DNA of 63,965 nucleotides, the filler included, from Rhizaria sp. SCN 62-66 (Eukaryota), in assembly GCA_001724265.1 (NCBI GenBank). It is 3 parts of 3 records of this genome, joined end to end, with 100 filler letters (N's around TTAATTAATTAA, not from the genome) between each part and the next. Parts side by side here need not be neighbours in the genome. Positions count along the whole stretch, not along the records: positions 1 to 26,223 come from MEDY01000422.1; 2 more parts are not named here. One strand, 5' to 3'. The position numbers and the translations under genes are program-made. The notes under the pieces are model-generated. The model saw only the letters and a list, made by a program, of their open reading frames with translations. It was not told where the DNA came from and did not search any database. Positions 1 through 10,942 of the stretch are shown here, piece by piece; within the stretch, counting starts at the first letter, position 1, and every line of letters starts with the position of its first letter.

Positions 1-91
<91 letters not shown>

Positions 92-92
92 G
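1..92 (-). repeat. (CAA)n microsatellite, about 30 units, encoding polyQ
   Basis: Perfect TTG repeat on the + strand, in frame with the 938->1 ORF. Confidence 0.95.
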
Positions 93-938
93 CGAATGCT
101 GCGCATGTTGCATCTGTTGCAGTTGTTGCTGTTGAGGATTCGCGGGGCCGTAACCGGGAAACTGCTGCTGTTGCTGTTGCTGATGTGGTGGATACTGCTG
201 TAGCTGATTGTGGTAGTACTGCTGCTGTTGTTGCTGCGACAGAGAGCCGTGCGGCGTCGCCGGGCTCTGGCTGAAGCTCTGGCCAGCGGGTCCCTGGCCC
301 TGCTGCAGTTGGGAGCCGCCGAGGTGGGGACTGTAGCTGCCGCTTCGAAGCACGACCGCCGCGAACGGCGCGGCGTGACTGCCGCTCGCTTCGTAGCTGT
401 ACTCGCCGCCGCCACCGACGTCGTAGTGCTGGCCGTACGCGGCCGTCGTGGTCGCAGCGGCGGCGACAGCGGCGGCGGGGGAGAACCCGGCTGGCAGCGT
501 GTGCGTCGCAGCTGTCGCGTACCGCGGCTGCGGGCTCTGATGCTGGTGCTGATGCGAGTGCAATAGTGGTGACGGGGACGCGTAGAACGAGCCGCCCATG
601 CCTGGGCCAGCGCCGGCGCCGGCGCCGGGGCCGGGGGAGACGGAGGGGCGCAGAAACGACGGCTGAGGCGGGGGGTACGAGGGTTGGGGCAGCGCGGTCG
701 CTGACGGCCCGTGCGGGCTGGGCAGCGGGTATGAAACGCCGTGCGGCGCGGCGGAGGCGTGCGGGCCAACGATGGGGAAGGACTGCATGTGGCGGGACGA
801 CACGGGCGGGCTGGTCGCCGGAGTGGCGGCCGAGTCCAAGGGCAGAGGGGCGACGAGAGGGGACCACGCCGTTGGGACCTGGCCGCCGGGCGGCGAAGGG
901 CCGAACGAGTGCAGGGATCCACCGCCGGGGGAGGACAT
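1..938 (-). CDS. Pro/Gln-rich low-complexity protein, 5' part only (runs off the window inside a polyQ tract)
   Basis: My own minus-strand translation from ATG 938 (MSSPGGGSLHSFGPSPP...YYHNQLQQYPPHQQQ...QQQ) is open to position 1, with GC-rich codons like the other genes. It is absent from the ORF track because no stop is reached. No recognisable domain. Confidence 0.75.
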
Positions 939-1728
939 CTGTGCGAGTTTAGTGCGGAGTCACCAAACGAGAGATGTCTCCTCGTAGAGTGTGGCTCCTA
1001 GGGTGGGTCGCAAGAAGCAAGACGTGAAACACAACAGCAACAACAGGGATGAGCTTTCTTGTGATGGCTACAACGAAGGATGCAAGTTCACTCAAGGAAA
1101 TACAGTCAGACTATAGAGTACAATAAAAGCGCTAATTAAGAATATCTTCGCTAAAACCACAGCTGACGATCAGAAGTCTGTGTAATCTTTGATCTAGTTC
1201 CTCGACACTGGTCGTTGACGATGCTCACTCACCTCGAATCCGTGGAAAGAATCATTCGTGGTTCGAGAGCTAAAACAGACATAAAGCAGTGATCTCTTGC
1301 AAGCTATTGAAATAAATCCAAATTGATGTAAATTATAGTACTTGATAGAATCTAATTTAACTGTATTTTAAACTTAGGAGCCTAAAATCAAAGAGTTATA
1401 CGCAACGGCAGTACCGAATCTCAGGACTCGGCCTGTCGAGACAAGCAGTTCGAAATCAAAAGCAAACATAAAACAGCGTCACGAAATAAGAAAATAGACC
1501 TTGACCGACAAATCCACGTACGGATGCCCCCCTAGAGGCTCGCCGCAGGATCATCATCGTTTTAAGGCAGTCATTCACAGCAAAAACCACAGCAGCAGCA
1601 GCAGCAGCAGTGGTCAGACAAAACAGAATCACAACACTACTCTGTGCAGAGATTATATGAACAGAACAAAACCAAGCAGCATTTGCCCGCCCGCGTCCTT
1701 CCCCCGTCGCGCTTGTTCGTGTGCGCAC

Positions 1729-4700
1729 TCAGTAGGAGAAGTACCCCGCGCGACTCGGCTGCGGCCCCAGTGGACTGGCCCCGAGTGCGCCACCGCCTGC
1801 AAACCCAACGCCGGATCCGTCGTCAAACGACGCGTCGAGCTGCTGCTCCGCGCGCGCCACGGCCGTCACGCTGCGCTTAAAGCACCAGAGCGCGGCGCGG
1901 TCCTCGCCCAGACTAGCTACGGCCACCAGCACGGGCGCGAGAACGGCCAACGCGACGACGACCAGCGCCTCGGTCCTCCCCGCCGCGGCCGCCGCGTCCG
2001 CGCCCGCGTCGGCCCCGGCGGCCGCCGCGGCCGCGGCGGCGTCGGTGGTCCACGCCGAGGCGAGCAGCAGCGCGACAACCGCGGCGACGACTGCCACGCG
2101 CGCCGCGGCGAGCGCGACGAGAAACAGCGGCCGCCCACACCACGTGCGCATGCACACCACGCCCCCGCGCGCGCGCGCCGCACGGGCGCCGCCGCAACAC
2201 AGCGCGCGCCGGACGCGCCGCGCCGCGCGCCGCCACCAAGGCCGGCCCGCGGCGCCGCGGCGCAGGGCCGAGCGCGAGGCCGCCAGCGCGCCCGCGTGCG
2301 AGTCGTTGGCGCGTGCAGTGTAAAACGTGTCGTAACCCCCGCTGCCGCCGCCGCTGTTGTTGCTGCTCGCGGCGAGTCCGCTGCCGCGACCGTAATCACC
2401 ATCCTCGTCGCTGTCGTCGTCGCTATCATCGTCACCGTTGTTGTTGTTGTTTTTGCTGTAGCCCGACTCGCCGTTGCTGTAGAGCGCGTCGGCGGACTTG
2501 AGGTTGCCGATGCTCATGCCGTCCGCGGTGGTCGTGAGCTGCGGGAACGCTGCGGCGACGAGCGCGGGCACGGTCGCGCGGTCATGTGACGCCCGCAGCA
2601 GCGCGAGCGCGGCGAGCACGGCGAGCAGCGACGCCGCAAGCAGCTGCCGGGGCGACAGCGGCGTGAAGTGCTGTGCCGCGGCCACGGCGGCGGCGTCGAG
2701 CGCGGTCGCCGCGGTGACGGCGCGGAGCATTTCGGACCCGGCGGGCGCGGCGAGCAGCGGCGCGAGGTCGAACAGCGCGGAGCCGACGCCAACAACGCCG
2801 CCGACGAGCAGCGGGTGCGCGGCGGCCCAGACGAGCGCGGGGCGGCCGCGGCGCGCGAGGGCGTGTTTGTCGTGCTCTGACGCCGCGTCGACCTGTACGT
2901 ACAGGTACAAAACGGCGAGCATCAGCACGCAGATAGCGCCCACCACGGGCGCCAGCGCGCGCACGAGGGCGCCCGCGGACGTCAGCAGCACAGGGCCCGC
3001 CGCCGCAGCCGCCGCAGCGGTCGCGAGGGCCGCACGCGTCTTAGGGTCGCTGCTGCCGCCGCTGTAGCTAATGGCGGAGTCGCCGACGGCTGCGAGCAGC
3101 GGCGCGGCGCCGTTGGCGTTGGGCACGGCGGTGCCGAGCGGGAGCGCGAACGCGGCGCCCGCGGCAGCCCCCGCGAGGGTGTCGGCGGCGGCGTTGGCGG
3201 CGGTCTTGGCGGCGACGGACTTGACGGCTGGCGCGGCGAGGTCGAGCGACTCGATGCCGTTGCTCGCGGCCGCCGCGCGCACCACGGTCGCCGGCACCGT
3301 CACGAGCGAGGCGACGACCAGCGACGCGAGAAACAGCACCGTGAGCTGGCCGTAGCGCTCGGCCAGGCGCGCCGCGTTCGGGTGCAGGAACCAGCGCTTC
3401 GGGGTCAGCAAGGCGGGCGCCAGCGCCGCGACAGCAGCGAGTCCCGTCGCGAGGGCGAACAGCGCGGCGCGCGGTAGCCACTGTGACGCGGGCAGCGCAA
3501 GCGCGGCGGCGAGCGGCGCGCAGACGGTCAGCTCGGCGGCGACCTGTGTGAGCGCGAACGCACGGCCGACGTCGTGGAGCGCGAGGCGCGCGTACACGGC
3601 CGCTGTCGCGAGTCGCAACAGCAGCAGGGCGGCAGCCAGGTAGGGGAAATACGCCGCCCAGAGCCAGGGCGCGCCCGACGCAAGCACGGCGCGCGCGGGC
3701 ACGCACAGGGCCGCGGCGGCCAGCGGCGCGGCGAGCGCGAGCGCGGTATGCAGCAAGTGTGCGAGGTCAAACGAGGCGAAACGCGTGTAGAGGCCCGCGA
3801 ACGAGGCCCAGGTAAACCAGGAGAATAAGAGCAGCTGCGCGGCGTCCCATGGCGCGTGCAGCGGCGCGGGCAGCAGCGCGTAGGGCGAGGCGCGGGCGAG
3901 CCAGGAGAGAATCGTCGCGAACATCGTCGATGAGGTGTGGTCAGGAGCGTACGCTGCAGGATCAATCGCGTAGCGCAGAGTGAAAACAACGGCGAGGCGG
4001 AGAAAGAGAAACGCAAAGGCAAGGTCGACGACGAGGTCACCCCACTGCAGCCAGCGGCGGTCCGGCTTGGACAGTTGCCCCCAGCGCACGAAGACGGGCG
4101 GGCGCAGGAACGCCGACCGGGCGACGACATCGCGCACATACGCGTATGTCGCGGCAGCCGCGTCGTCGCCGCTCATGCTCGTGTTAAGGCCGCGCGCGGG
4201 CGAGGAGAGCAGCCCGGAGCCGGAGCGGTAGCCGTCGCGGTCCGTGAAGCTCGTGTTGTGGAAGCTGCCGTTAAGCGACGCACCACCGGGCCCTGCGGCG
4301 GCGGCGGCAGCGTGGGTGGCCAAATCCTCGCCCAGCGCCTCCAGACCGCCGTCGTGGCCCTTGTGCAGCGACAGCGAGGTGAGCTGCGGGTCGAGGTTGC
4401 CTTCATAGTCGAGCGCGCCGTCCTCGTCGTCGTCGTCACCGTCCCAGGGCGACGGCGTGGCGGCGGCGGCGGGACGGGGGAGCGCGGATGAGATCTGCGT
4501 GGAGAGGTACAGCGGACTGTGCATCGAGTACAGAGGGTCGCTGTCCAGCGCAGAGGAGGAGGGCAGAGATGAGTAGTCGCCGCCGCCGCCGCCAGAGAGA
4601 CTGCTGCTGCTGTTGCTGTTGCTGCTGTTGTAACCGCCGTAGCCGTAGCCGGATCCGGAGCCTGTGCCGCGGCCGCCGCCAGGAAGACGCGAGGAAGACT

Positions 4701-4749
4701 CGAGCGCGTCCTGGCTCATGTACACGGGGTCATAGCCGAGATGGGACAT
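1729..4749 (-). CDS. LtrA (low temperature requirement A)-family polytopic membrane protein with low-complexity extensions
   Basis: WLQWGDLVVDLAFAF resembles the LtrA WxELFFDLVF motif, and HPNAARLAERYGQLTVLFLASLV resembles HLAERFGLxxIIxLGE. Many hydrophobic helices. First in-frame ATG is at 4749 (the track's start at 4824 is GTG). Stop TGA. Confidence 0.7.
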   Translation of the reverse strand: MSHLGYDPVYMSQDALESSSRLPGGGRGTGSGSGYGYGGYNSSNSNSSSSLSGGGGGDYSSLPSSSALDSDPLYSMHSPLYLSTQISSALPRPAAAATPSPWDGDDDDEDGALDYEGNLDPQLTSLSLHKGHDGGLEALGEDLATHAAAAAAGPGGASLNGSFHNTSFTDRDGYRSGSGLLSSPARGLNTSMSGDDAAAATYAYVRDVVARSAFLRPPVFVRWGQLSKPDRRWLQWGDLVVDLAFAFLFLRLAVVFTLRYAIDPAAYAPDHTSSTMFATILSWLARASPYALLPAPLHAPWDAAQLLLFSWFTWASFAGLYTRFASFDLAHLLHTALALAAPLAAAALCVPARAVLASGAPWLWAAYFPYLAAALLLLRLATAAVYARLALHDVGRAFALTQVAAELTVCAPLAAALALPASQWLPRAALFALATGLAAVAALAPALLTPKRWFLHPNAARLAERYGQLTVLFLASLVVASLVTVPATVVRAAAASNGIESLDLAAPAVKSVAAKTAANAAADTLAGAAAGAAFALPLGTAVPNANGAAPLLAAVGDSAISYSGGSSDPKTRAALATAAAAAAAGPVLLTSAGALVRALAPVVGAICVLMLAVLYLYVQVDAASEHDKHALARRGRPALVWAAAHPLLVGGVVGVGSALFDLAPLLAAPAGSEMLRAVTAATALDAAAVAAAQHFTPLSPRQLLAASLLAVLAALALLRASHDRATVPALVAAAFPQLTTTADGMSIGNLKSADALYSNGESGYSKNNNNNGDDDSDDDSDEDGDYGRGSGLAASSNNSGGGSGGYDTFYTARANDSHAGALAASRSALRRGAAGRPWWRRAARRVRRALCCGGARAARARGGVVCMRTWCGRPLFLVALAAARVAVVAAVVALLLASAWTTDAAAAAAAAGADAGADAAAAAGRTEALVVVALAVLAPVLVAVASLGEDRAALWCFKRSVTAVARAEQQLDASFDDGSGVGFAGGGALGASPLGPQPSRAGYFSY

Positions 4750-5490
4750 CGCGTGAGAGCCAAAGGAACCGACGGGAGACGGGCGCGAGCGCGCGGGAAG
4801 GTGAGCGGGGGCAGGCGGGTCCACAACGCCCCCAGTCAGGTGGTTGGACGGTCCTTGGAAGGGCTGCTGCGGCGCTCAGGTGTGCGGAGATTAAAGATCA
4901 ACAACACCTATACGGTCTTTACAACCGAGCACTACGTACCAAAGTGCGATCAGATAAAAATAAGCGCGGAATCCGGTGAAAATATGGGGGGAAAGATGGG
5001 GAGAAGATTAGCAGGCGCATGCATAAGGGAAGCACGCCCACGACAAAATTAAAGCCAATAAGCTTTGATTAAAGAGATACCGAATAAACATGAAAGACTA
5101 AACACGTTTTTAAATCATGACGCCGAATTCTAGCTTCTATCAACGCTCCCTTGAGGTCATATTCATGATGATGGAATCTCGGGTCGATCGGGGTCGAAGC
5201 GCGTCTTGCCACACCTACACGAACGGTTATCGACTTTGAGTCCATATCAATAGGCATGGCAGACATAGCGATAATTTTTATGCCAATCGTGATTGTTTTA
5301 TGTTATTTGTATTATATCTAAATTTATCTTTCCTTGACGTTGGAAATGTTTCGGTTGACTCAGTCAAAGTCTTCGCGCACACTTAAAGAGCCAAGCTGAA
5401 GGAGAGCGCGCGATGCATTCTCCGCACATTCTCACTCACAACAACTCACTCTCTTGCTTTAACCCTGCTATTCCCTCGGTTTCCGACAGT

Positions 5491-6926
5491 ATGTCTGCTG
5501 CGTGGGGCTCTAAGGCTGAAGTGAAGCCGAGTGTCGACCTCTCCAAGGCCGTGGGCTTCGAGATGGCGCCGCACAAGTTCTCTTACACTGAGCGCGACCT
5601 CATCCTCTACGCGCTGGGCGTCGGTATCGGCAATGAGGACGTTGTCTCCAACAACTGCCTCAAGTTTGCCTACGAGAACCACGAGAACTTCTCCGCGCTG
5701 CCCACTTTCGGCGTCGTGCCGCCCTTTTTCGCCATCGCCGAGGTGATCAACGTGCCCGGCCTTAGCTTCAACCCGATGCACCTGCTACACGGTGAGACTG
5801 AGCTCGTTCTCCACAAGCCCATCCCCACATCTGGCACGCTTGTCAACAAGGCCAAGGTTCGCGCCATCTACGACAAGAAGTCCGGTACGTCCTCACAACC
5901 GCTCCCGCGCTCTGCGCTGCGTCACGATGCGCATCTTGTCCTTGGCCTCGCATATTTCTGTTGAATACTCCCTAATGCAGCATACCTGCGGTGTCATTTT
6001 GAACAGTAGTATCGATTCAACTTGCTTACATCTTATATCTGTGTTTTATTGTCTGTATTGCTGATTTCACTCTCCAGGCGCGTCCATCGTCCTCGACGTC
6101 GACACTCTGTCCGAGTCTGGCGAGCTTATCTTCTCCAACGTCTACACCCTCTTCGTGCGCGGTCTGGGCGGCTTCAACGGCCCCGCTGGTCCCGCTGTCA
6201 AGGAGGCCCCTGTTGTTGTTCCCAAGCGTGCTCCTGACGCTGTTCAGGAGGACGCCACCGACCTTTCCCAGGCTCTTCTCTACCGGTACGCTCACGGCAA
6301 ACACCAAATTGCGCTGAATATATTCATAAACTGTCTGCCTATTGATATAATGAGTAGTACTGTATCATCAATATTATCTAATGTCGTCTTATTTTCCTTG
6401 CTTTTTAATCATTATTTTTTCAAATACAGCCTCTCCGGCGACCTGAACCCGCTTCACGCCGACCCCGGCATGGCCGCTCTCGGCGGCTTCAAGCGCCCCA
6501 TTCTCCACGGTCTCTGCACTTTCGGCATGGCCGGCCGCGCCGTGCTTAAGCACTTCTGCGACAACCAGCCTGAGCGCCTCAAGAACATCAAGGTGCGCTT
6601 ATTCCCCCCAAATCAATTATCCATCAACAAGTATTTGCCCGATTCGTAACAGCGCTCAGCAAACGCGTTCGCTCTCGCTCCTCACATATTTCTCGCACTC
6701 GTTTTTACTTTCCCTTTTGCTATCCAATCCTTTGCTTTTGCGCCCGCGACAGGTCCGCTTCGCGCGCCCCGTGACCCCTGGCGAGGTTCTGCGCACTGAG
6801 ATGTGGCTCGAAGGTACCGACAAGGTCATTTTCCAGACCCGCTCCGTGCAGCAGGGTGGCGCCGTCGTCATTGCCGCCGCCGTGGCCACCATTGCGCCCG
6901 CCGAGAAGATCGTTGCCAAGCTCTGA
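5491..6926 (+). CDS. ECH2: Peroxisomal (R)-specific enoyl-CoA hydratase 2 (MaoC/hotdog fold); exons 5491-5884, 6078-6285, 6430-6592, 6753-6926
   Basis: Splicing three GT-AG introns joins the frames and restores YRLSGDLNPLHADP...PILHGLCTFG (hydratase-2 motif), LLHGE and VRFARPVTPGE. C-terminal AKL is a PTS1 signal. Stop TGA. Confidence 0.93.
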
Positions 6927-7377
6927 GTCGGGCGAGCGAGGGCGCGGACTGACTGCAGTCGGTGAAGTAACGTGGTCGTGACGTCGTTCGTGAAGGTGAG
7001 GTGATGCAGTGGATGGAAGATAACTTCTGCTTTGTGATCATAAACGCAATGTGTTGTATTCATCTCTTAAAATTGTTTTATTTCACAAACTTGAGACTAT
7101 ACAAATGGTGGGAAACACTATCTATGATAGCGACTATTTTGCCCTTCAAGAAGCAAATTTATATGGTGATTGTTCTATCAAAAAGAACGCGGACAACCGG
7201 ACTATTATTATTGTTATTATCAGTTCGAATCGTTAATATTTTCAAAACAAATACAAGACAAAATCTTTGATAAATGGTCTTGGTTAACTTAAGTCATCTG
7301 TCATCGTCACAACAAACACAGCTTACGTGTCAATCGCAAATGATCTGTGTCCGTGTGTAATGTAATAGGAAGCTTAC

Positions 7378-10286
7378 TTACAGGATGTAGCGCTGAAGGT
7401 CGTGCTTGGCAAACATCTTGCTGGTCTTCTCCTTGACCATCTCCGCAGTGACGGTGAGAATCGCTCCGGGCCCCATCTCTGGCGCCGAGAACGAGAGCTC
7501 CTCAACCACGCATTCAACCACAGCATGCAGCCTGCGTGCGCCGATGTTCTCGAGCGATTTGTTGAGCTCCGCCGCAGTGCGCGCCATCTGCGCCACGGCC
7601 TCATCCTGGAACCGCAGCGCAACGCCCTCCGTGGCGACGAGTGCGCTCTGCTGTGCGAGCAGGTTGTGCACGGGCTCGGTCAAAACGCGGTAGAGCTCGC
7701 GCTCCGTGAGCGCCTCGAGCGTGACGCGGATAGGCAGCCGGCCCTGGAGCTCCGGCAGCAGCGCCGAGGGCTTCACCTTGTGGAACGCGCCCGACGCGAT
7801 AAACAGAATGTGGTCCGTCTTGACGTTACCGTGCGGCGTCGACACCACCGAGCCCTCGATGATCGGAAGCAGATCGCGCTGCACGCCCTCATCGGACGCG
7901 TCGGCGCCGGTGCGGTTGGCGTCGGGCGCGACACACACTTTGTCGATCTCGTCAATGAACACCACGCCAGACTCCTCCACCGCGCGCATCGCCTCCATAG
8001 TCACGTCTTCGTTCGCCGCTGCCGCGACCAGGGCCTCGCCCGCCGCGGACTCGAATGCGCGGCGCGCCTCGCGGACCGAGACCAAGACGCGGCGCACGAG
8101 CGGGGATCCGCCGCCAGTCGAGCCCGCCGCGGCGCTGGAGTAGCCCGGCGCGCGGTAGCCGAGGGACGGAGCCGTCGAGAGCAACGGCGACTGCGTTTGG
8201 AGCAACGACGACTGCGACAACTGCGACGGCGATGACGACGCTGCAGCAGTGCTGCTTGTGGTCGTGGTTGCGCCTGTGTGGCCCGAGAACAGCGACCAGC
8301 CGCCGTTGCCGTTACCAACACTCGCGCTCGCGGGTGCAGCGCTTGCTGTGGCGGCAGCGGCGGCGGCGGCGGCGGCGGCGCGCTGCTTGGCGTGCGCGTG
8401 CGCCGTCATCATCGCAGTCGCCTCCGCGGCCGACAACGTCGCCTGTAACCCCGGAGTCGGCGCGCCCCCGCCTTCAACACTGCCGCCGCCACTGCTGCTA
8501 TGACTAGCGCTGGCGAGCGCGGCGGCGCTGTGCAGCTCGCGGAGGTCGCGCACCGGAAGTTCCAGCTCGACCGTGGCGTTGTCAAGCTCGCCGGCCTCGA
8601 GGAAACCGCGGTACGCAGAGCGAGTCTCTGCATCGGCGTCTGGCGCGAACAGACGCGACAGCACAAAGTCATGCGCCTCAGCGCGCGCGCGCTGCAGCGC
8701 GGCCTGCTGGCGCTGCTGCTTGATGAGCGCGACCCCTGCCTCAGCGAGGTCCTTGATGATAGTCTCGACATCGCGGCCGTGGAAGCCTGTCTCGGTGAAC
8801 TTGGTCGCCTCGACCTTGACAAACGGCGCGCCCGCGAGCTTGGCCAGGCGCCGCGCAATCTCCGTCTTGCCGCAGCCCGTGGGGCCGATCATGAGGATGT
8901 TCTTGGGCACCACGTCGGTCTGCATCGCCTCCGGGAGCAGCCGCCGCCGCCAGCGGTTGCGCAATGCGATCGCCACAGCTCGCTTGGCCGCGGACTGGCC
9001 GATGACGTAGCTGTCGAGCGCGGCGACGACCTCGCGCGGGGTCAGCGCGGGCGCGCCAGCGGCGCCGAGCAGAGGCGCGGCGCGGGCGGGGCCGGAGGCG
9101 GGCGTGACGGCCGCGGGCGCAGTCGCTGTGACGGACGACGACGATGATGATGATGACGAGCGCGTGTCACTGCGGGCAGGCGCACCGCCGCCACCGCCGC
9201 CACCGCCGCCGGTGTTGCCGCTGCTGTTGCTCCCGCTAGAACTGCTCGTGAATGTGGCTGTTCCTGTGGTTGAGCTGGGGTCGGCGCGGACTGCAGCAGT
9301 CGCAACGGCCGCGGCAGCGGCTGTGTGCGTCCGGCTCAGGACCGTCGCCGAGGCCAGATAGGGGCCAAACCAGCGGTGTTTAAACAGCGACGGCTGCGGC
9401 GACGGCGAAGTGGATGCAGACTCAGAACCGTCAGCATTCGGCCTGTTTGCCGCGGTTGCGGCGTTTGAAGCGAGCCCAGCAGTCGCGGGCGCTGCGGCGG
9501 CCACTGCGCGCAGCTGCGACAGCGGTGCGCCAATGACAAACCCGCCTGGCAAGCGGTGTTGCGTTTGCTGCTGCTGCGCCTGGGCAAGCGCGTGTGTGTT
9601 GAGACCACTGTTGCTGTGTAGGAGCGCTGTGGAGGTGGACAGCGACGCGCGAGAAGGGAACTTGGGGAAGCCGCCGCGCGGGGGCGCGGTCAGCTGAGCC
9701 TCGCCGTTCAGCGCAGCCGCCAGTGCAAGGGTCGCCGCGCCGGGGCCCGCGGCGGCGCTCGCGTGGGCCGCGGTGGCAGGGGCAGCAAGAGAGGATGAGG
9801 AGGACGAGGAGGAGGAGGAGCTCAGAGAAGGGGTGCGGTGGTGGCTGTGCAGCGAATCTCCGAGCGAGTGGTAGTGGGCGAGGAGCGAGTCGTCAGAGCT
9901 CGGCACGGGGCCCACAAACAGCGTAGACGTGGGAGTGCCGCGTGAGTGCCAGCCTGTGGAGCTGGAAGGAGATGAAAACGGACGCAGAGCAACGGCAGGG
10001 AGTAGCACGGCTAACAGGCCTCCTGCCAGCGAGGCGGGAGACCCACTGCAGAATCAAGAGCGAGATGCGCAAATTTTAGAAATAAAAATTGCTTTAAGAG
10101 AAATAATTACTACACTTCTATCAGAAAACGTTGTTATGCATTTCTCACAAGGTCAGGAAGCCCTGCTTAGCATGCAGATACGGTCTTGTGAAAAACACGT
10201 GCGACCCATCACACCCGGGCAAGGAAAAAATGCAGCGATGCATGCGATACGTACCGCGAAAGAACGCGCTGTTTTAGCAGCAACAT
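7378..10286 (-). CDS. HslU: Mitochondrial HslU/ClpY AAA+ ATPase subunit of the HslUV protease; exons 10286-10255 and 10045-7378
   Basis: LTPREVVAALDSYVIGQ..AKRAVAIALRNRWRR, Walker A GPTGCGKTE, VEATKFTE, Walker B VFIDEIDK, GVQRDLLP, ELQGRLP, NIGARRL and the conserved C-terminus DLQRYIL-TAA. The proposed exon 1 (ATG 10286, GTACGT donor, phase 2, CAG acceptor at 10046) gives the presequence-like N-terminus MLLLKQRVLSRGSPASLAGG. Exon 1 is inferred. Confidence 0.93.
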
Positions 10287-10942
10287 TAACCAACTTAAAA
10301 AGGTTCAAAAATAATCGTGCACTTCGACTTCACGACGGTTGTATATCAGATCAACGAATGCAATTCGCCCCGGCCCCATCATCACTGGCTGGACCACAAA
10401 CGATAAAAATTGGCCGAGGTGAGGCGAAAGAGCACATAAACAGTAGTCGAGCGGGTTTTATAAGTCAAAATTTATTAAAAACATACTTAGAGGGATGTAC
10501 ATAAAGCTAAATATAGTAGAACAAACGTGTGTCGGAATAACCGCCTCCCGCACGTGCGTATATCTTCCAAGCACGAAAGCAAGGAAGAAACACACACGTG
10601 ACCAAGATACACTCATCATCTTCAGGCCCAGACGCACGCGTGTGCGAGGGTAAGTCCAAAGTGCAGGCGTCTGCGGCAGACGCCGTAATCAAGCACCCTT
10701 TTCCCGCGCCACATATACACACTCGCACACGCTACGACAACAACACAACGCCGCATCACAAGTTCAAGATCGAACAATAACAAGATCGAACAACAGCACC
10801 TCACAATATACTAGGTGGATGTGAGTCATGTCTCTCACGCAAAGTCAAGTCAAATCACGTCATGTCGTGCAAGCAAGCCAGTCAACAAGTCAGCAACACA
10901 GCATCAGAGTCGTGTGTCAAATGCTTTGCTCACATGATCCGC

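Noticed and set aside
3-1001. Plus-strand polyLeu and Arg-rich ORFs at the window start
   Set aside because: Antisense shadows of the minus-strand polyQ gene.
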